Assembly: GCA_008632985.1 (NCBI GenBank)
Contig: QPGO01000038.1
Span: forward strand, 335,939-399,938
Reading direction: 5' to 3'
From: Psammoneis japonica
Taxonomy: Eukaryota
Length of the DNA stretch: 64,000 bases
Notes under the pieces: generated by a model
Seen by the model: only the letters and a program-made list of their open reading frames with translations
Database searches by the model: none
What the model was told of the DNA's origin: nothing
In this document: positions 1-11,939 of the stretch, one piece after another
Layout: each line of letters opens with the position of its first letter
How positions within the stretch are numbered: the stretch's first letter is position 1
Program-made: the position numbers and the translations under genes

Positions 1-1088
1 CACAACACGAGAACTCAAAATCAGGCATCTTGTTGAGCAGACGATCAAGTTCTTGAGGTGTCATGAACCGTTTCTTGGAAGACTCAGGCTGCAGGGCTTG
101 ATGAACCCCAATGAACATCAAAATGACAACCAACAAATGAATGAATCGGTGACAAAAAACTGAACCGAGTGCGCTTTGTTGGGTCTTGTGGAACAATTCT
201 TGCTTGGATGACATTCCTGGATCGGGCGGCTCCTTGTTGTTGGGTGTCTCCACATCTCTGCAAATGAATCCAGGCATCCACAAGAAAGCCCATGGATGAC
301 ACCCATAAATTGCAAAACGTGTCATGGCAAAAGCCCACACAGATGTCATGTGCACCGACAAAATGTTGAGGACTTCAGGGTGCATCTTGAGAGGAACTTG
401 TCCTTGCTCTTGTTTGACATTGGTCTCCCTCTGACGATCAGTTTGGACAAGATTTGGGCCTTTCATGAACAGCAAACTGATGATGAAACTCATCCACTGG
501 CCCACCAGTTTAACATCGTTCGTGCGAAGTGCAAGCCATGCAGATGCGATTGTTTGTTTGACTCACCACCGGAGCAGACAAATCTTGAGGTTGACCTTGA
601 TCAGTGCCTTGAATGGAGGGATCCCAATTCACACGACATTCATTGGAATTTGCAGCACGGCCCTCTGACTGGTCTTGAGGCACAGCACTGTTCCCAGCAC
701 TCGGATTCCGCACCGGATGACAGTTTGGGTTAGGACCCCCCTCTCAAGCAGCATGATTCGATGTCTCGTGAGTGGTCCAGCAAGCACATCTGCCACACCA
801 ACACTCGGTGACACCGTTGGCCACATGAGCATGAGGCTCATCATGCCTGGGAGGAATCCTGCGAGGATCCCTTGGAGGTCCTCGACCACTGTCATTGTCT
901 CCATGACCACCTCAACCACGTCCACGGCCTCCTCTGCCACCTCGGCCTCTTCCTTGACCTCAGCCACTGCGTCCACCACGTCCACCACACGGCCGCCTCC
1001 TTGAACAATCGGGTGAGGGCAATCAGGACAAACATGGCCCTTTTCGCCACAATTGCAGCAGGTGCAATCATCTTGACAGGTGAGAAAG

Positions 1089-1539
1089 TGCAGCATGCAT
1101 GCAGACAAAAGGTTGTTTTGTCATGCCCTTTGTGACATTTAAAGGCTGCAACACGTCGCCGTGACACATTGACTCTCACTGGCAGCTGTGTGTTGCACTC
1201 CTCCCCATGTGTCACGCGTCCATGTGGCTCTTTGCCAATGTGCGCTGACACTGCACGGTTTTGGCAGAACAGTGTGGGTGCGCACGAAGGAACACACAGA
1301 ACTGCACATAGTTTAACGCGTTCGACAGTGATCAACGTTGCTGCAGACAACTCCCACTCAGGGTTTCGAACCCCTGGCCTCCTGCCTGATGGTTATGATG
1401 AACCACTCCGCCATGAATTCACAATCACAACGCAGCATGCATGCAGACAAAAGGTCATTTTGTCACGCCCTTTGTGACATTTAAAGGCTGTAACACGTCG
1501 CCGTGACACATTGGCTCTTGTTGGCAGCTGTGCATTGCA
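1089..1539 (-). mobile_element. TRIM-like miniature LTR element with an internal tRNA-like Pol III promoter
   Basis: 109-bp direct repeats at 1089-1197 and 1431-1539; element ends TG...CA; 4-bp TSD AAAG (1085-1088, 1540-1543); polypurine tract atggggaggag on the minus strand at 1198-1208, abutting the 3' LTR. Confidence 0.85.
1351..1420 (-). promoter_or_regulatory. tRNA-derived A-box/B-box (Pol III type 2 promoter-like) segment
   Basis: Minus strand reads TGGCGGAGTGG (A-box consensus TRGCNNARYGG) followed by GGTTCGAAACC (B-box) at tRNA-like spacing, with an imperfect T-arm hairpin. Confidence 0.65.
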
Positions 1540-2971
1540 AAAGGACGCAGCTCCAGAATCGCCTTGATTCAAAGGCGTCCACTTGTCACGATCAACCAAG
1601 CTTGTGCAAGCCTCTTGTTGGCACGCACAACAAGATCAGTGCACGCGTGCCTCATGGGATCAATGTCGACTTCATTGAAGACAATCAAGAGCTGAATCCT
1701 GAAGGTCTTGACAGCAGATGTCGCAAGTCCTTCACACATGATTGAAGAAGCATCTTCAGGCAACTTGTGACATCCTTCCAGCTTCCTGCAAATCTCCACA
1801 ATCTTTGCAGCACAATGCAGCTCATTCATGACCAGCTTGAAAATCACGGGTCCACACGCAGGACCACAGACACACTTTTTTGGACATCACCATGAAGAGC
1901 AACGCCAATGGAGTTGAGAAAGAACTTGGCGGACCAAAGCAAGTTCTGCTTGTCATGCTGGTCACCATTCAAGAGCAACTCTTGCACGTGGTCTTCAATC
2001 TCTTGCAGATCTGATGAACCACAATCCGATTGATCTCTTGAGGTGCCCCTGCAGTCGGGTCGTTCCTCTGGATGTAGAGCACGGAATCCGCGCCACTCAT
2101 GAGAAAATGTTTGCTGACTGAATTGACCCAACTAATCACAGACACCTTGTTGTCCTTGTCGGTGTCGATCTTTGACTCCAAACCCTTTTGACAACAAGAG
2201 ACGATCGTCGTAGAGTGACGAAACGACATCAAACACTGACAATGAGGTCAACAAGCTGTGGCATGTGGATCAGCAACTTTCGGACCACCGGTCCAAGCGA
2301 TGTCATTCACAACACCACCAACTTGAGGAACAACTGCAGCAGCAGTCATGCTTGATCTGCCTCAAGAAGCAGAGAAACAACCTTGAGACCGACTCCCAGA
2401 CTCAGCGCTGGAATCGTCCGACGTGTCATCACCTCCAAACAAACCGGCATCATCGCCGATGAGGATGTGTCTTGATCCTTTAGAACAATCACTCATTTTG
2501 GAGAATCAGAGGTTTTGCTTCATTTCAACTCAAGTGGACTCAATTCAAAGCAATGGTGACACTTGGGCTCACAACCACGGAAATGAGCTAGACAACAGCA
2601 TGAGCTGGGGCAACAACAACCGTCTGAAAAGCAGACACACATCAATGGCAACCACCATTGAAGTGCTCATGATCCTTGCAAAAGTCAAAATCTGCAAGAA
2701 GTGAGAGAGAAGAGAAGAGAAGAGAGCCCCAAAAGTAACCCAAAAGATCTGGAGCATCCGAAGGTGTCACTTCAGTGCTGAGTTCCACATGTTTGATGGT
2801 GGGTCGGACAAAGAAATGATGAATGACCCAAAAAAGCAATTCACAAGGAGGATGTGCTCCCGCACATGACCAACCCACATCATCAACTCGGAAACCAATG
2901 ACTCAGAAAGTCAACTCTTGTCACTCCCATCTAAAGACACTGAAACACCGCGGAGGAAAGTCACTTTGTAC

Positions 2972-3360
2972 GATGGGCTCCAGTCCCAGGTGGGACTTTT
3001 TGTGACATTTGCCCCGCAGAATTCTGCGTGTGAGCTCTGCAGTTCACACTTTGGTCAATGGATGTGTTTGTCTTCAACACAAAACAAACAGCCAAGTTTG
3101 CAGCACATCTGTCCCTGTCCGCACTCGAAGTGTTGGATGGCGCACCTGCCCCACGCCATTCTCAAGGCACTCGAGAATGGCGCAGAAGAAAATGGTGTCA
3201 AAAGTTGTTGAATGGATCGCCTGACAATTGCACTGTAAAGTGACACAACATTTTGCCAAAAGCACGTAGAAATGTACGTGCGCGACATACGACGCGATTC
3301 AAAAAACTGTCGATGTCACAGTTCAGCAGCACGAGGTCCCACCCAGACCTGGAATGCGTC
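2972..3360. mobile_element. MITE family 1, TA-converted copy
   Basis: Degenerate ~27-bp TIRs and 4-bp TSD GTAC (2968-2971, 3361-3364); aligns end to end with 28631-29021. Confidence 0.88.
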
Positions 3361-4039
3361 GTACAACAAAATCCACAATGTTCCAAGAATGCAATGACAT
3401 GTCTTGGCAAGCATTCTCCATGAAGGCTCTTTGGAGGCTGGATAGATCAAGAGGGAGCGCTGCACCAAAAATGAGCACATTGTCACCACCAAAAAGCACG
3501 CTCAGCCAAGCAACGCAACATCCTCTGGAGCACTTGCGAAACAGCCGCAGACGTTGTGATCCATGATTCTGATTTTCAACATCCCCTTCCTCCACACGTG
3601 AGCTTTATTTGGTAATGTGCTTCTCTAGTTTGCTTTGTTTGCTGTTGACGACTCTTCGCCTCCATCATTGTTTGGATCGCTGTGTTGTAACTTACCGATG
3701 GATTGCTTGGGACAGTTTTCGTTTTAGATTTGTGTGCTTTATTACTCCGGATTGACTTTCTGTGAGTGACGTCATGAAATTGCCCGCTCCCGCCCGCCAT
3801 CCAAGCGACACGCGACAACATTAACAGTATGTAGCCGGCCAGCCATGATGACCGATGCCACGCCACGAATCTTTTGCCAAACGCCTGGGCGATTTCTGTC
3901 AGAACATCATACAGTATATACTCTGTCCCAGGTGGTGGTTTCTGCTTACCGGTACAAAGATCAAGCCCTGTATTTCTTCTCTGCTCATCTCTAATTTTGC
4001 TTCTTAGAATATTGCAGCTTTGCAACCAGACCTGACAAA

Positions 4040-4195
4040 ATGGCGGATGGAAAATGCTGCGACAACTGCCCCTGTAACACGTGCTCGTGTGTTCTCGACT
4101 GTACGGCCAAGACGCTGTGTATCATATGCTGCCTCATTATCCTGGCGATTGGGGTCGTCATTCTCATTGTCGGGTTGACGGTCGGCTTCAACTGA
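4040..4195 (+). CDS. Putative 51-aa Cys-rich peptide with a C-terminal transmembrane helix
   Basis: Translated by hand (below the ORF-track cutoff): MADGKCCDNCPCNTCSCVLDCTAKTLCIICCLIILAIGVVILIVGLTVGFN; start context AAAATGG. Confidence 0.55.
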   Translation: MADGKCCDNCPCNTCSCVLDCTAKTLCIICCLIILAIGVVILIVGLTVGFN

Positions 4196-4763
4196 GAAAA
4201 TAAAAAAGTGGTACTACAAGGATCGGAAGAGAAAGTATTGTTCGCTCGGTTTAAGAGCACCCGCGTTGCCTGTAGAGAGAAGGAGGGCTTACGGATTTCG
4301 GTAGAAGAGTCCTAAAACAAGACAACGATTTGATACAGAGCGCTTCCTACTTTTCTATTCGTCCATGCCTCTATCTTTTACAAATGGAGGCGCCCAAGGG
4401 CCTAATCGATCACCACCCCGCTTTGCGCAACCCATGCTGCCTTGCATACTGATCGAGTGTCATCCTTGTTTATATTCAAGATTCATTCATTTATTCTGCG
4501 GCTCTGAATCTTCTTCCACACTCATCACCTTTGAGGCCCACTGCAGCTTTGACTTTCGAAAGGTCACGGCGTCAATGGCGGACTTCAATGCCTTTACTGG
4601 ATTTAACTGGCACTGCTTATGCAATCCTTCATCCTTTGGTTCACATTCGTTTTTCCTCGTTTAAACTGTAGTTCCATTGCCGATGACAAGAGGCACGTCA
4701 AATCGTAAATCTGCTTCTTCTCCTCCTTGGACCGACCTGGTTCTTCCTTCTTTTTGCTCGGGC

Positions 4764-5336
4764 CTAAAACTTCATCCTGAAGCTTACAAGGCGCTGTTGC
4801 CTTTCAATATAATCTCTTGAATACATGTAAGATGATCGACTACAGTTTGGAATAGTGTCGTCATCACGGAAAGAACATTGTCTTGCGTCCGTGAGTTCAG
4901 ACGTTACCGATGACTCCATCGTGTCGATGGTGTGATCCGGCATAAACGTAGTTTTCTTTACGGAACCAATAGTTTCATTGTCATTTTCAAAATCGGAAGA
5001 CAATGATCCATTATTCACTTTGTCCCAGTAGTCACTATTGGCACTGAAATCACACGAGTCTTCACTTTCGGAAGCGTCCTCCATATCAAAGTCGTCGTCG
5101 GTGGGCTGTTGAATGTTCGGTATGATCGATTTGAGCGAAGATGTGAACGACGAAACTATGGGTCTCGTTCGAATGACTGGAACGACGAGGATATTCATAT
5201 CCTCAAGCATGGTACCATTGGCGTCTGGACTGTCGCTGTCGTGAAACGACAAGCGAGACGTTCTGCTGTTGGACGCACAAGACAACGAGGACTCGGACAT
5301 GGTCTTGAAAAGCGATTGATTTGTAAGCAGCGACAC
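4764..5336 (-). CDS. Hypothetical Ser/Asp-rich protein
   Basis: 190-aa ORF of low-complexity, protein-like composition; no recognised domain; start could be the second Met. Confidence 0.5.
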   Translation of the reverse strand: MSLLTNQSLFKTMSESSLSCASNSRTSRLSFHDSDSPDANGTMLEDMNILVVPVIRTRPIVSSFTSSLKSIIPNIQQPTDDDFDMEDASESEDSCDFSANSDYWDKVNNGSLSSDFENDNETIGSVKKTTFMPDHTIDTMESSVTSELTDARQCSFRDDDTIPNCSRSSYMYSRDYIERQQRLVSFRMKF

Positions 5337-5655
5337 GATTTATCGTACAGGATGACTGGTATGAGATAATCTCCTATCCATTCCCGTCCTGGCAATGGTC
5401 AAATTTGATCATCTATCGTTTCTGCGAGATTTGTTCAGGGCGTTCAAAACGTGAGGTATGTCATTTTATATTATGGGCACATGTGCTTGAGGATGTTTTC
5501 CCGACGATTGATTCGACTCTACCATACTCTAGTTTCGACACGCGTCAACGCGCGAAGGAACTCAGTACAAAACCACGTACTCGGAGTACTATGATTTTAC
5601 GCAGAGCTTTCGGAGCGAAAAACACTCTCACAATTTTTCGCGACTAATCTTCACC

Positions 5656-6213
5656 ATGCCGCTCTTTCGACTCTTGGCGGCAACATCAACGGCAGTTGCG
5701 GTTGGGGTTTCCTTTTTCATCATGAAAAAAGCCGAATGTGCATCTCACTGTCCTGGATCACCGGCATTTACACACGCAAAGTGTGACATGACTGTCAAAT
5801 TTCCCTCCACACCGTGCGACACAGTTCGTGAAGAAGTACAACTGCGTCTCGACGGGAGCGGCGGCTGGATTGATCCACACAAAGCTGGAACTTACAGTCA
5901 ATGCACGAGTACTACCGACTCTTCTGTTATTGAAGGAGAACGTTTGACGGGAGACGGAAAGTTCACAGACAAGTGGCAACTCACCTTCCAAGAGGAGAAC
6001 GATGGAGGCTGCGCGATGCAAGCGTGTTCCGAGTCTCAGGTAACTTCGATCTTGGATTTTTCAACCAACTACTGTAACTTGAAATCGCTGTATTGTAACA
6101 AAAGCCAGGATGGCTGTCCAATTGTGAAGCATGATTTGCTGGATTACAAGGAAGACTACAGTGATTGCTGGCAACGCAAGTTCGCCAATTGTGTGGCGAG
6201 TAGCTCTAAGTAG
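5656..6213 (+). CDS. Hypothetical secreted or membrane-anchored Cys-rich protein
   Basis: 185-aa ORF with a hydrophobic N-terminus, many Cys and an ACCATG start context. Confidence 0.75.
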   Translation: MPLFRLLAATSTAVAVGVSFFIMKKAECASHCPGSPAFTHAKCDMTVKFPSTPCDTVREEVQLRLDGSGGWIDPHKAGTYSQCTSTTDSSVIEGERLTGDGKFTDKWQLTFQEENDGGCAMQACSESQVTSILDFSTNYCNLKSLYCNKSQDGCPIVKHDLLDYKEDYSDCWQRKFANCVASSSK

Positions 6214-6923
6214 AGAAGGTCGTATGAAATGCATAGATCACCTTGTCAGCTAGTAATTTAGAAATAATAATAAGCTCATATTAAATCTGCACTGACAGAC
6301 TGCTACAACATGGGTCCCACCGACATTCGGGGGCGGGATGTGTGTCAGGATACGGCTCCTGCTTAGACGATTTTGCGACAACCAAAAGTATGGTGATTTA
6401 AGATTGCTGCAAGTAGGTATTTGCTTGAAAAGTTCCAAATAGAATCCATATTTTGAAGCACCGCTTCCCATGAGCGGTCGTTGCTCTATGGAATGATAAT
6501 CGGGAACTATCGTTGTGAAAATAACACCCTCTTCACGGAACATGATACAAGTACGGGATATGACGGAATCCTACCTGAGAGGACTCTAATGAAAATCCAA
6601 TTTCGCCATAACCCCCCAAACCATGCAATACTAGACAACCCGTCTGGTCAATCAGTCTAGTCAACAAGATTTCATACGCTGTTTGCGTAATCCATGCTCA
6701 CGTCCCCCCCGTAACCCTTTAAGTGGTAGAGTAGCTTGCCATTATTGTCAACCACAATAGTGAGAGTGCTGGAATAGATTGTTGTAAACGCAGTTCGCCA
6801 AATGCATTGTAACCATCAATAAGTAGCGAGGGTTGCTTGAAATCATGTGGTAGATTGCATAGCTAACTAATACCTAAATGATACAACTACAAAAATATGA
6901 TAAACCCCAAATCATGTATGTAT

Positions 6924-8635
6924 TTACATGGTCACCAGCTGTTCCAAACAAACTGATTGCTTCAACACGGGTCCCACGGCACCGTTGCCACAGGGTTGAT
7001 TTGTTACAGCCGACGGTTGTCTTGATTCAGCAGGCTGTGCGTCCTGCTCGGGAGACGAGTGGTGCGAAAACCAAAAGTACCCATCCATGCTCTTGGAACG
7101 ACGACCTTGGAGGAACTGGTGCATTTCCTGTCTTGCGATAAAGGTCTCTTGATAGTTGGACGAGAGAGTTTCCAAATTCTTGGCACCCTGCATATCGAGC
7201 GGCACATTGTGCTGCTTTTCGTCACTGACAACCTCGTCCAACAATCCGCTCTTGATGAGCATACTTCGAATCAAAAAGTAGTACTTGGCGTATTCACTCG
7301 CCGGCACCTTGACATTGAAATGCAAGCTCTTCAAGAGCGCCAATTCCAATTGATTGATTCGTCCGAGCGTAAAGGCGCTAAAGGCTTTCTTGTTTTGTCT
7401 CTTGCCACAAACGTGCGAAAAGTCAATGTTCCACATGCTCAGGTCGTCCCACACCTTGCTTGCCAAGACCATGCACGAGAACAAGACCGACATCCAATTG
7501 TTGCGATCGGGTGAAATGGAGGCTTCCTTATGAGCCGCTCAACGTAGATCAACGACATGATGATCGTGTCGTGCTCCATTTGACTATTGTTGTAGAATTC
7601 TTGATAAAAGGTGCAAATCTCTTCAAGCGACGGGAGCTTCTTCCGATTTGTAATGGGTCTTGACGATCCATAATCGTCATAAAAGACGTGAGAATCCGCC
7701 AAGGCCGTCACTGAGGGTGGTGAGCCAAGTTCTTGTCTATTTTGTTTCGACGCACTCTGCAAAATGTGCGCACGAAAGACACCGCAGACGCACTGTTGCA
7801 AAAAGCGGAGAGAAGAGGAAGAATAGTTGAGATCACGTCTTCAGTACAGTGCACACAATTCCAACAACTTTTGATAAAAACATACCTTGATGGTTGCCTC
7901 GATATTGGGAGCCGTCATAGTGCTCTTGACGAATATCGTTCCCCCCGTGTTGCGTCGAAGATGAACGGGCTTGGGTATCGCCGCACCTTCGAGCCTGACT
8001 TGTTCTTCAATAGGCCCATCCAAAAGATACTCTCCTGCCAATCGCTCATTATTTGATTCACGAAGAGAAAAGCCCCCGACACCACCCCCTGTGCTCTCGT
8101 CACTTGATATATCGAGAGAATCATCGTTACTGTTTATGTTGTTATTAGCGCCTTGTCTGGAATGATTAGGTCTTGGAGGACGTCCCTGAACAGGTGGACG
8201 ACTGCCACTGCCGCTGCTCTCACGCATGGCAATTGTCTTTGGCTTTTGCAGTTGCGCCAACAAGACATTGTCCATACCCGAAATGGTTCTAACGCGACCG
8301 TCTGACTTTGTCTTTTGGGCAGACTCGTCGTTCTTGATTTGCTTTTTGGAAGGAGGAATCAATTCACCCCGAGCAAGAGACGCGTAAATGTTTTGCTCCA
8401 TTTCTCGAAAAAAGATGCGATCACGCCGTCGTCGTTCTTTTCGGGCTTGTTTTTCCATGGCTCGAATCTCGGAGGGCTTTTCCCATTGCGTCTCACGGGT
8501 GACTGTGTGATAATAATACGTTTGCTTGGTGGTGGGGTCAACCGCAGCCTTCCAGAGACAAGCTGCAGCAGCAGAAGTCGACTGAGTGGGTTCGACGTGG
8601 TAGTCTTGAGTGGTCGTCTGATCGAGTGGACTCAT
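6924..8635 (-). CDS. Cyclin Y-like protein with an N-terminal WW domain (intron 7793-7885; apparent 1-nt frameshift at about 7528)
   Basis: WW motif W...YYYHTVTRETQWEKP; cyclin Y box motifs IIMSLIYVERL, LASKVWDDLSMWNIDF and VPASEYAKYYF; GT-AG intron. Confidence 0.88.
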
Positions 8636-9379
8636 GATTGTATCATACAAGTAGTGACACTGATGTTGTTGTTGAAACCGAATTGAAGGTTCCCAAAACG
8701 TGAGCTCTGACAGAAACGATTCAGCCACGGCGAGATTGTAGTTGATGATGGAGGATAAAGAATACGATGTTACGTCGTTCTTATTGGTATGACTGCGCTT
8801 GTTGTTGTTGTCGTGAAGACAATCACAAAACATTCTTTTTATGCCACGATCACACGTTCCTGGGATTACTCGTTGGGTCTTGTGCGTTGTTGCGATTCGG
8901 GTTCATCAGAGCCGTTGGAAGGAGTCGCTTTCTCGCAGTCGTGATGATCTCAGTTTTTCGGTTGTCCCCCGCACGTTGGTTCACGTGAAATCTTACAAGA
9001 CTGAAAAATGTGGCCGGCACGACCCAACGCGTGCGTATGGAAGAAGTCTCCATAAGTGAAAGATACCAATTTTGAAATTTTGATCCGGGCCGTCGGTTGA
9101 GACATTTTTATTTATTATAGATATAGTTTTGATTTTATTTAAAAGGTTTTATACTAATATAACACCTCAAATTTGATAGCTTTGATTATAAACACGTCTC
9201 ACTTTTTTAATATATGAATACCTGCATAAGAAGCAAACGTTCAATAATACTGTAAAAACTTCCCAGAGTACCTTGAGACTTGAGACACACTCAACCATGC
9301 GGCAATGAGAAGGTAAAAGAACGGCACTTGTCCCGAAACCAAGAATTTTGTGCACTGTAATACTGCGTTTTTCATTGTC

Positions 9380-9992
9380 ATGGGTGGCTCACAAAGTACA
9401 GACACATGCGACGCTTGCGAGGCCTGGGCAACCCAGGTAAGTTGACGAAAGAGGGCGGTCGGCGGTCCATCACTTCTTGTTGTTGTCATGCTCACCGCTC
9501 TTTTTGAATCAATGAAATGTGTCTCTCCAGGAACTCGCTCAGCTTGAACAATACGATTGGATTGAGCTCGACATTGATCGCTGCCCTTGCTCCTTTGACG
9601 AAGCGCAGATACCACCACAGGGTTGGACCGTGGATACAAGCTGCAAATTTGACGACGCCCCTTGCTCGTTCCATCCAGGCGCGGATGGCTGCATCCGCAA
9701 AACAGGTTCAGACCGTCGGGGCAATCAGTGCTGCTATCAAAATGACAATGGAAACTATGAACTCATTAGACAGGGAGTTGCTGCGGCTGGAACACCTGAT
9801 AAGGAAGTACCGTCCACCTTTTTCTGGCGTCACACGATAGCCGATGTGAATACTTACAATGACTGCTGTGTGAATTGCGACAATGACGACATTTGTGCAT
9901 TATACATGGGAAAAGCTGGGGATAAACAAGAATCACGACTTGCTGCGCGAGGAGCACGTTCTGACCCATTTGATTGCATTTCTCTCAACTGA
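9380..9992 (+). CDS. Small AMOP-domain protein (exons 9380-9436, 9531-9992)
   Basis: CPC...FHPGADGCIR...GNQCCY...AGTPD matches the AMOP pattern; in-frame GTAAGT...CTCCAG intron; N-terminus MGGSQS. Confidence 0.7.
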
Positions 9993-11105
9993 TTGGAGGA
10001 TTTGCCAGATAGTTCGTTCTGTTAGGCGACGATTTTGAGAAGCGCCACCTTGATGTCAACTACCTTTATTGCAGATATACGATTTCGTGTCGGTATGGCT
10101 TCTACTTAGAGCATCTTTCGCATCCCTCGTTCGCATTTCCGTTGGGCCGGGCCCATCTTCCAAGTGGCAGCAAAGATTGAAGCGGGATTCATTGTGTATT
10201 TCTTTTATATTCTGGCCTCAATTTAGCCTTTGCATACTTGTTATCTGTACATAACAAAAATATGAGTGTATGATACAGCAACGCCTTGGAAAGATTTCAT
10301 GTGGTTCTGCTCTGCACTCATTTCACAGTCCAGTTACTCTAGAAGAAGTGTGAGAATGAATGCTCGAATTTTGTGATGCCGCATTGCCACGTGAAATTGA
10401 TGAGATGCCCAATCAGTGCCGCTTCACGCTTCCACTCATGTTGCCTCACTTACAAGACACTGGACCGAAAAGAAGGGGAAGTTGTTGCTCTCGACTCAAG
10501 CAAAAAGTAGTCTTGTCAATCTCTGTGAAGGCACCTTTGCCTTGATCATTTGTTTCGAGTCGGTGCCCCCAGACCACACGTTCCTTTTTGCTGCCATTGG
10601 CGATTGGCTCTTGGGAGTGCATTGGGTAGAGTCTCAAAAAAGGACTCCGTTTTATGTTTTAGTTAACTTCGTCTACAAGCTAGGACCGACGTTTGCATGT
10701 GAGATGCGAAGAAGAGCCCATGGTGAAAGATCCGCGAACAGCAGAGAAAAGCAAGACAGATGTCGTGAACCAGCGATAGCGCAATGGAAAGCGTATTGAC
10801 GGGTTTTACTGAAGCTGCTCCTAGAAGGATGTAGTCTAGATTGGTAGTATCCACCAACAACAACCGGAATCGTCTTTGCCTCATTATATCTAGTTGAGCA
10901 AAGAGGCTTACGCTGTCCGGTTTGCGAGTTTCTGTTGTCATACAGGGGCTAGTCGGTTTTCCTCCGACGTCAGTTTCGAACGAGTCAGCTCGCCATTGAA
11001 TGCAAGCACGACCCTCAAGGACAACATTAGCAAGGTAATAGTATCTAGAGTTTCCGAGTTATTTTCTGAGAAACGATGGTCCACAGTCGTAGCTCTGCGT
11101 GTTTC

Positions 11106-11939
11106 TTAAGAGATGAGGCACTTGTCTTCGACCATACCAGAGGCGTTGCGTTGAGGAACGTAGTTGGGCTGCTCTGAACGATCCACAAATTCGACCCAGC
11201 GAAAGTACTCCATATGACCACCGTACTGTCCATGGCTTACGTACTCTTTCTTCCAGCATAAAAAGATTGCCACTCCCTTTGCTTCAAACCTACTTCCAAA
11301 GCTACGAATCACTTGATTGAGTTTCTCGATGTTCCAGCCATGTTTTCCGTACCCGTCTGCGATGCACGCTTCAACAAGCTCCTCATACTCATTCATGAGG
11401 TCCTTTTCACTCATTAGCCTGGCGACTTCAGTCGGAATGCTAGATTTCAGACGTTTCCGTCCTTTCCACATTTTGAACTCCTCCACAGCAACTCCATTGG
11501 GAAACTCCAAGCTAGTATAAATGGTTTTAATCGTCTGTCCACTCATGTTGGCCACGTCATATTGCGGTACGTAGTCTCCAGCCTTGTCACAGTCGATGAA
11601 TTCCAACCATCTGAAATGCCCAGACCCCGAAGCCCGGTGGCATAAAACAACATTGACGCCCTTTTCCGCGAAATCATCACGAAATTCATCGATAATCTTG
11701 ATAAACTCTCCGTCTTTCCACTTTCCAAAGAGATTTCGAGTCTCGGATTCACACACAATCTTATCCACCATGGCGTCGTACACGGGTCTGAGCTTCTTCT
11801 CGTCCAAAAGCATGGCTAAATCGATGGGGCATTTTTCAGCAAGTTGCTTCTTACCACCGTCCAATTCCTCCACGGCAACGCCTTTCGGCACCACGTGCTT
11901 TCCCTTGGCTACTTCGGTTCCTCCTCCAAATCCAAACAT
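11106..11939 (-). CDS. Hypothetical protein with two internal repeats and a C-terminal CaaX box
   Basis: Repeated PxGVAVEE...FRWxEFxD...YVPQ modules; ends CLIS-stop; likely start MFGFGGG. Confidence 0.78.
   Translation of the reverse strand: MFGFGGGTEVAKGKHVVPKGVAVEELDGGKKQLAEKCPIDLAMLLDEKKLRPVYDAMVDKIVCESETRNLFGKWKDGEFIKIIDEFRDDFAEKGVNVVLCHRASGSGHFRWLEFIDCDKAGDYVPQYDVANMSGQTIKTIYTSLEFPNGVAVEEFKMWKGRKRLKSSIPTEVARLMSEKDLMNEYEELVEACIADGYGKHGWNIEKLNQVIRSFGSRFEAKGVAIFLCWKKEYVSHGQYGGHMEYFRWVEFVDRSEQPNYVPQRNASGMVEDKCLIS

Larger units (their letters stand above)
700..2460 (-). mobile_element. Degenerate Copia-type LTR retrotransposon gag region, interrupted by a TRIM
   Basis: Zinc knuckle CCNCGEKGHVCPDC (CX2CX4HX4C), a downstream RG-rich tract, and HDKQNLLWSAKFFLNSI resembling diatom Copia gag. 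Removing 1089-1543 restores the frame GDSGAASFLTCQDDCTCCNCGEKGH. Confidence 0.7.
1..3600. other. TpA-depleted hypermutated block A (runs off the left edge)
   Basis: TA is very rare and TG/CA abundant; six-frame ORFs are almost Tyr-free and rich in Cys/His; normal TA frequency resumes at about 3610. Confidence 0.9.

Noticed and set aside
1351..1420. Functional tRNA gene
   Set aside because: Acceptor and anticodon stems do not pair convincingly, and the segment is inside a mobile element.
7841..8833. ORF-track start at 8833 for the cyclin gene
   Set aside because: The first 66 codons look like UTR; the Met at 8635, just before the WW domain, is more plausible.
10300..10640. Possible small partly TA-depleted patch
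   Set aside because: Several TAs remain and no homolog is available in the window; cannot be supported without counts.
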